Assembly (NCBI GenBank): GCA_964016885.1
Contig: OZ024742.1
Coordinates: 74,772,001 to 74,836,000, forward strand
DNA: 64,000 nt
Origin: Eledone cirrhosa
Taxonomy: Eukaryota
Reading direction: 5' to 3'
In this document: positions 60,648 to 64,000 of the stretch, one piece after another
Numbering within the stretch: position 1 is the first letter of the stretch
How the letters are laid out: every line of letters begins with the position of its first letter
Position numbers and translations under genes: made by a program
The notes under the pieces: model-generated
What the model saw: only the letters and a program-made list of their open reading frames with translations
What the model was told of the DNA's origin: nothing
The model's database searches: none

Positions 60648-61322
60648 AGATTATAATTATAATTAATGCAAATCTCAAGACTAATAAACTGAGTTCGTAC
60701 CCTACTTGCGTCAAATATATCTTTCTTCTATCCGGGTTCAGATAAATTAGACACAATTATAAGAAATATATGAGCAGGTATGTTTGAATGGTTAACAAAA
60801 CCGCAATTTAATTCAATAATTTCATTCTACATTCAATGATATTAGATAACTTTATAATAAATTAATTTGAATAATTTTCCTTTTTTTTATATTACTTTTA
60901 AATGCTGCGAGCGAAAGCGATTCAGTGTGGCGTCGGGTAGCATGAGGACCTGGTTCAATTAGGAGCTTAACGATGCTATCTGTGCAAAGAAGGAAGCTTA
61001 CAAAGCTTGACTTGCAAGTAAGTCCTTCTTGCACTCGAGGTATTAGCAGTTGCGGAATGTCGCAGCAGTTACAATAAAGGCATCCATAGTTAAGTCATGA
61101 AGATGTACACGAGGGTATCTAGCGGACGTAGACTAACCTCTCGGAGGCTAAGGTTACCAGAGCAATCAACGCGCTCAAATGAGATGCTAAGATCGTTATT
61201 ATTTCAATTCAGAAATATTATATCCCAATTTTTTATGGATTTTAATTTGATGTAAAACTTAATTCCACTATAATAAAGATTATGTTTTTTGCAATCATTA
61301 AACATTATCGGTCTTTTCTTAA

Positions 61323-61507
61323 GGGTGGTGAATTGGCAGTATTGGTAGAGGGTCAGACGCCATGCTTTCCACCATAGTTACGTCCCTTTACGGTCTGAGT
61401 TCAAATCCCGTCGAGGTTAACTTTGCCTTTCATCCTTACCAGGTCGATAAAATAAAGTACCAGTAATGAACTGGGTAATTGCTGGCCTTGTGCCAAAAGT
61501 AGAAACA
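61323..61507 (+). mobile_element. tRNA-derived SINE with 18-bp TSD
   Basis: Box A/B motifs; attatcggtcttttctta at 61304-61321 and 61508-61525. Confidence 0.85.
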
Positions 61508-61726
61508 ATTATCGGTCTTTTCTTATTTTCTACCATACTATCCAAATAATAGATTTGTTTTACACAAACGTCAGTTCTAATTTACTAAGATAGATTTTAG
61601 AAAATAAATATTCAAAATTACTGAATGCAGTGTTTAACATATTATTAAGATTGTCAATAAATTCAACAAATTTACACCCAATGTTGCATTGAAACATTAA
61701 ATAAAGCTGCTAGAAGTACATTTAAC

Positions 61727-61930
61727 GTATCGGTAGAGCCTCGAAAAGCCATGTTTTGCAACATAGAGTTACATATCCTTACGTTCTGAGTTCAAATCCC
61801 GCCGAAGTTAGCTTTGCCTTTCAGCGTTACGGGATCGATAAAATAAAGTACCAGCAACTCATTGGGTCGATGTAATCGACATTTTCCTCCACCCAAATTG
61901 TTGGCCTTGTACCGAAATCAGAAGCTATTA
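61727..61930 (+). mobile_element. tRNA-derived SINE, related subfamily, 5'-truncated
   Basis: gagttcaaatccc..ctttgcctttca..gatcgataaaataaagtacca. Confidence 0.75.
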
Positions 61931-62897
61931 AATCGGACTACATCCTACCTATTAGTACTCTTTCTAGCACCAGCTATAAATCTACTTTTATGTAATTTTG
62001 GAATCCGAAATAATGGTGGGATACAAATGTTCTTCTCTTAAACTAAAACGTCTGAAATTTCCTTCTTCAAATACTAGCATATCAACCAGTGTACAAATAT
62101 TCTCTGAAACTATTCTACAGAAGTTATAATCGATATCCATTCCCAATTCTTTATCTTACATCATCAAATAATATTTCTTTCATATTTTATAAACACTGAC
62201 ACAACATTATACTTATCATATATCGTACCTCTAATAACCTGACCCATTCTTCTAATTCTTTCATCTACAGGCACTTTACATTTCCTACTTAATTTTACAC
62301 GCAAGTATTTATTGAACTGATCATTACTTTACTAAATTCTCTACAAGCCCTCCCTTTCATCATTAGCAACATTAAGTCTCCATTATGAATAGATATTTAA
62401 AACTCCTGTATAAAATTTCCCTACCTCCTGGTAGGGAAAATCTTGAAATTCTTGATACTTATGTTAGATAAACGTTTATTATAACTAAATAACTTACATA
62501 CTATAGTTGATCAATTTGCATAAATAACATATTCTAGTTCGATTAAAAAGTTGCTGACACGTTAACAGTGTTTTGATGCTTCAATCTACTATGATATATT
62601 TGCGTAGTACATTATTACATCAAGACAGAATAATACTAACAGATCAGTAATTGATTATTCGACTAATGGCAAATAAGGAAGGTATGTTTGAGGACTGCCC
62701 CAACGACCCTCTCAAGAAGAAGAAAAAAAAAGAAAAAGAAAAAGAAAAAGAAAAAGAAAAAGAAAAAGAAAAAGAAAAACAAGAAAAAGAAGAAGAAACC
62801 TTTGTTTATGCATTTCGATTTATCAGATTTAAGGATGCATCTCATAATATTGGCTCTAAATACGATGTCTTCGTGGACAGGTATAGACGTGCGCTGA

Positions 62898-62938
62898 GTT
62901 GCTGATGAGTCTCAGTATATGACTGAAACTCGTCTAAC
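62898..62938 (+). ncRNA. Minimal type I hammerhead ribozyme
   Basis: gttg-CTGATGA-gtc tcagtatat gac t-GAAA-ctcg-TC-taac. Confidence 0.7.
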
Positions 62939-64000
62939 AGAAGACACATCTGTTTCTGTCTACAAAGATTGTATAAAATACAATTGTTTACGTAGCTAAC
63001 ATAGAAGCTTCACTTGATATATAGGTCATTTCATTCACGAAATATTTATATCAGCGTGAATATTAAATTGCATATCACTTCATTGACGGCAACTAAGCTG
63101 GTAAGTCGTAATACTTTTTTTATTCTTTCCAATAACTGTTACTTGATTTATTTAAAAAAAAACGAATTTAATTGTCAAATTTATGGGTCATACATAGGAG
63201 AGTGTACATTTCTGAAAGGAACCAGCCTAAAGAAGTTTGGGGAATTAAGAAGAAGGCAGTAATCATATATTGTGGTTCTCAGCCACGAAAAGAAGAGAAA
63301 AACAATAAGAGATATCATTGCCTTATACTACCTGATATATCACTCATCTGAATTCAAATTCAACCCTTTTTTCATTACTGAACACATATCAGCTCAAATA
63401 TTAAATTATTTGTAATTTTATTGTTGACAACAAAGTAAGATGTTATTTCTTTATTCTTTCCAAGAACTATAACTTTAATCTTCTTGTTCTTTTGTGGGTG
63501 AGGTGGGGGACTAAATCGTCTAGAGGTACTTATCTATGTAAGCCATTGGGAGAGGCTTAAGATTCACAACTTTCCCTTTACTGCTTTGTCTTGTAAATAA
63601 AAGAAAACACCAATGTAACATACATATTTAATAATTATATAACTAATGCAATTATACAATTATTTCATTTTGGGTCTTTTGATTTCGGTTTGGTGTAATT
63701 TCTTTGTGGGAAATAATTCCGTCAGTTTAAAAAAATTCTTTTGAATGCATTAAAATATATCTAATAAGATGTTGCTAAGGGTATTGTTTAAAGTTTAGTT
63801 TCAATCTACTTCGGAATTTCTTTATTCACATTACCTATATTCATTCATACATTCAGAGCTTACATCGATCACACATATTTGTGTGGATCAGACTAAATTG
63901 AATGCAATACCTACTGGTACTTATTCTATTGAGTCTGGAACATCCTGTCCGCGGGACCACGAGGCGGACGATATATTAAGGCATGTGTAGGTTGGCAGTC

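Noticed and set aside
62651-62905. Lys/Glu-rich ORF
   Set aside because: Produced by a (GAAAAA)n simple repeat.

Overview
This is AT-rich, microsatellite-dense eukaryotic DNA. The (AT)n/(CA)n/(CATA)n density and SINE types suggest an invertebrate such as a cephalopod, which is inference only. I found no intact host gene. The window is a mosaic of mostly decayed transposons: Penelope-like elements (PLE; RT + GIY-YIG), R4/Dong-like RLE LINEs, Tx1/L1-like and RTE LINEs, a FLYWCH-bearing Mutator-like element, a Chapaev3 fragment, tRNA-SINEs, and an intronless acyl-CoA synthetase pseudogene. The ORF track misses the main signal: about 30 type I hammerhead ribozyme (HHR) motifs from about 10 sequence families. 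Several have non-canonical cores (U3-A8, U4C, U4A) and one has a large branched stem II. Fourteen lie in a 4.4-kb fold-back array of near-identical 310-bp non-coding units (retrozyme-like). Many HHR elements share one architecture: a divergent inverted pair inserted in (AT)n, with two family-fixed outer termini, one carrying an extra tail. All structures were read by eye; no folding, alignment or database search was run.
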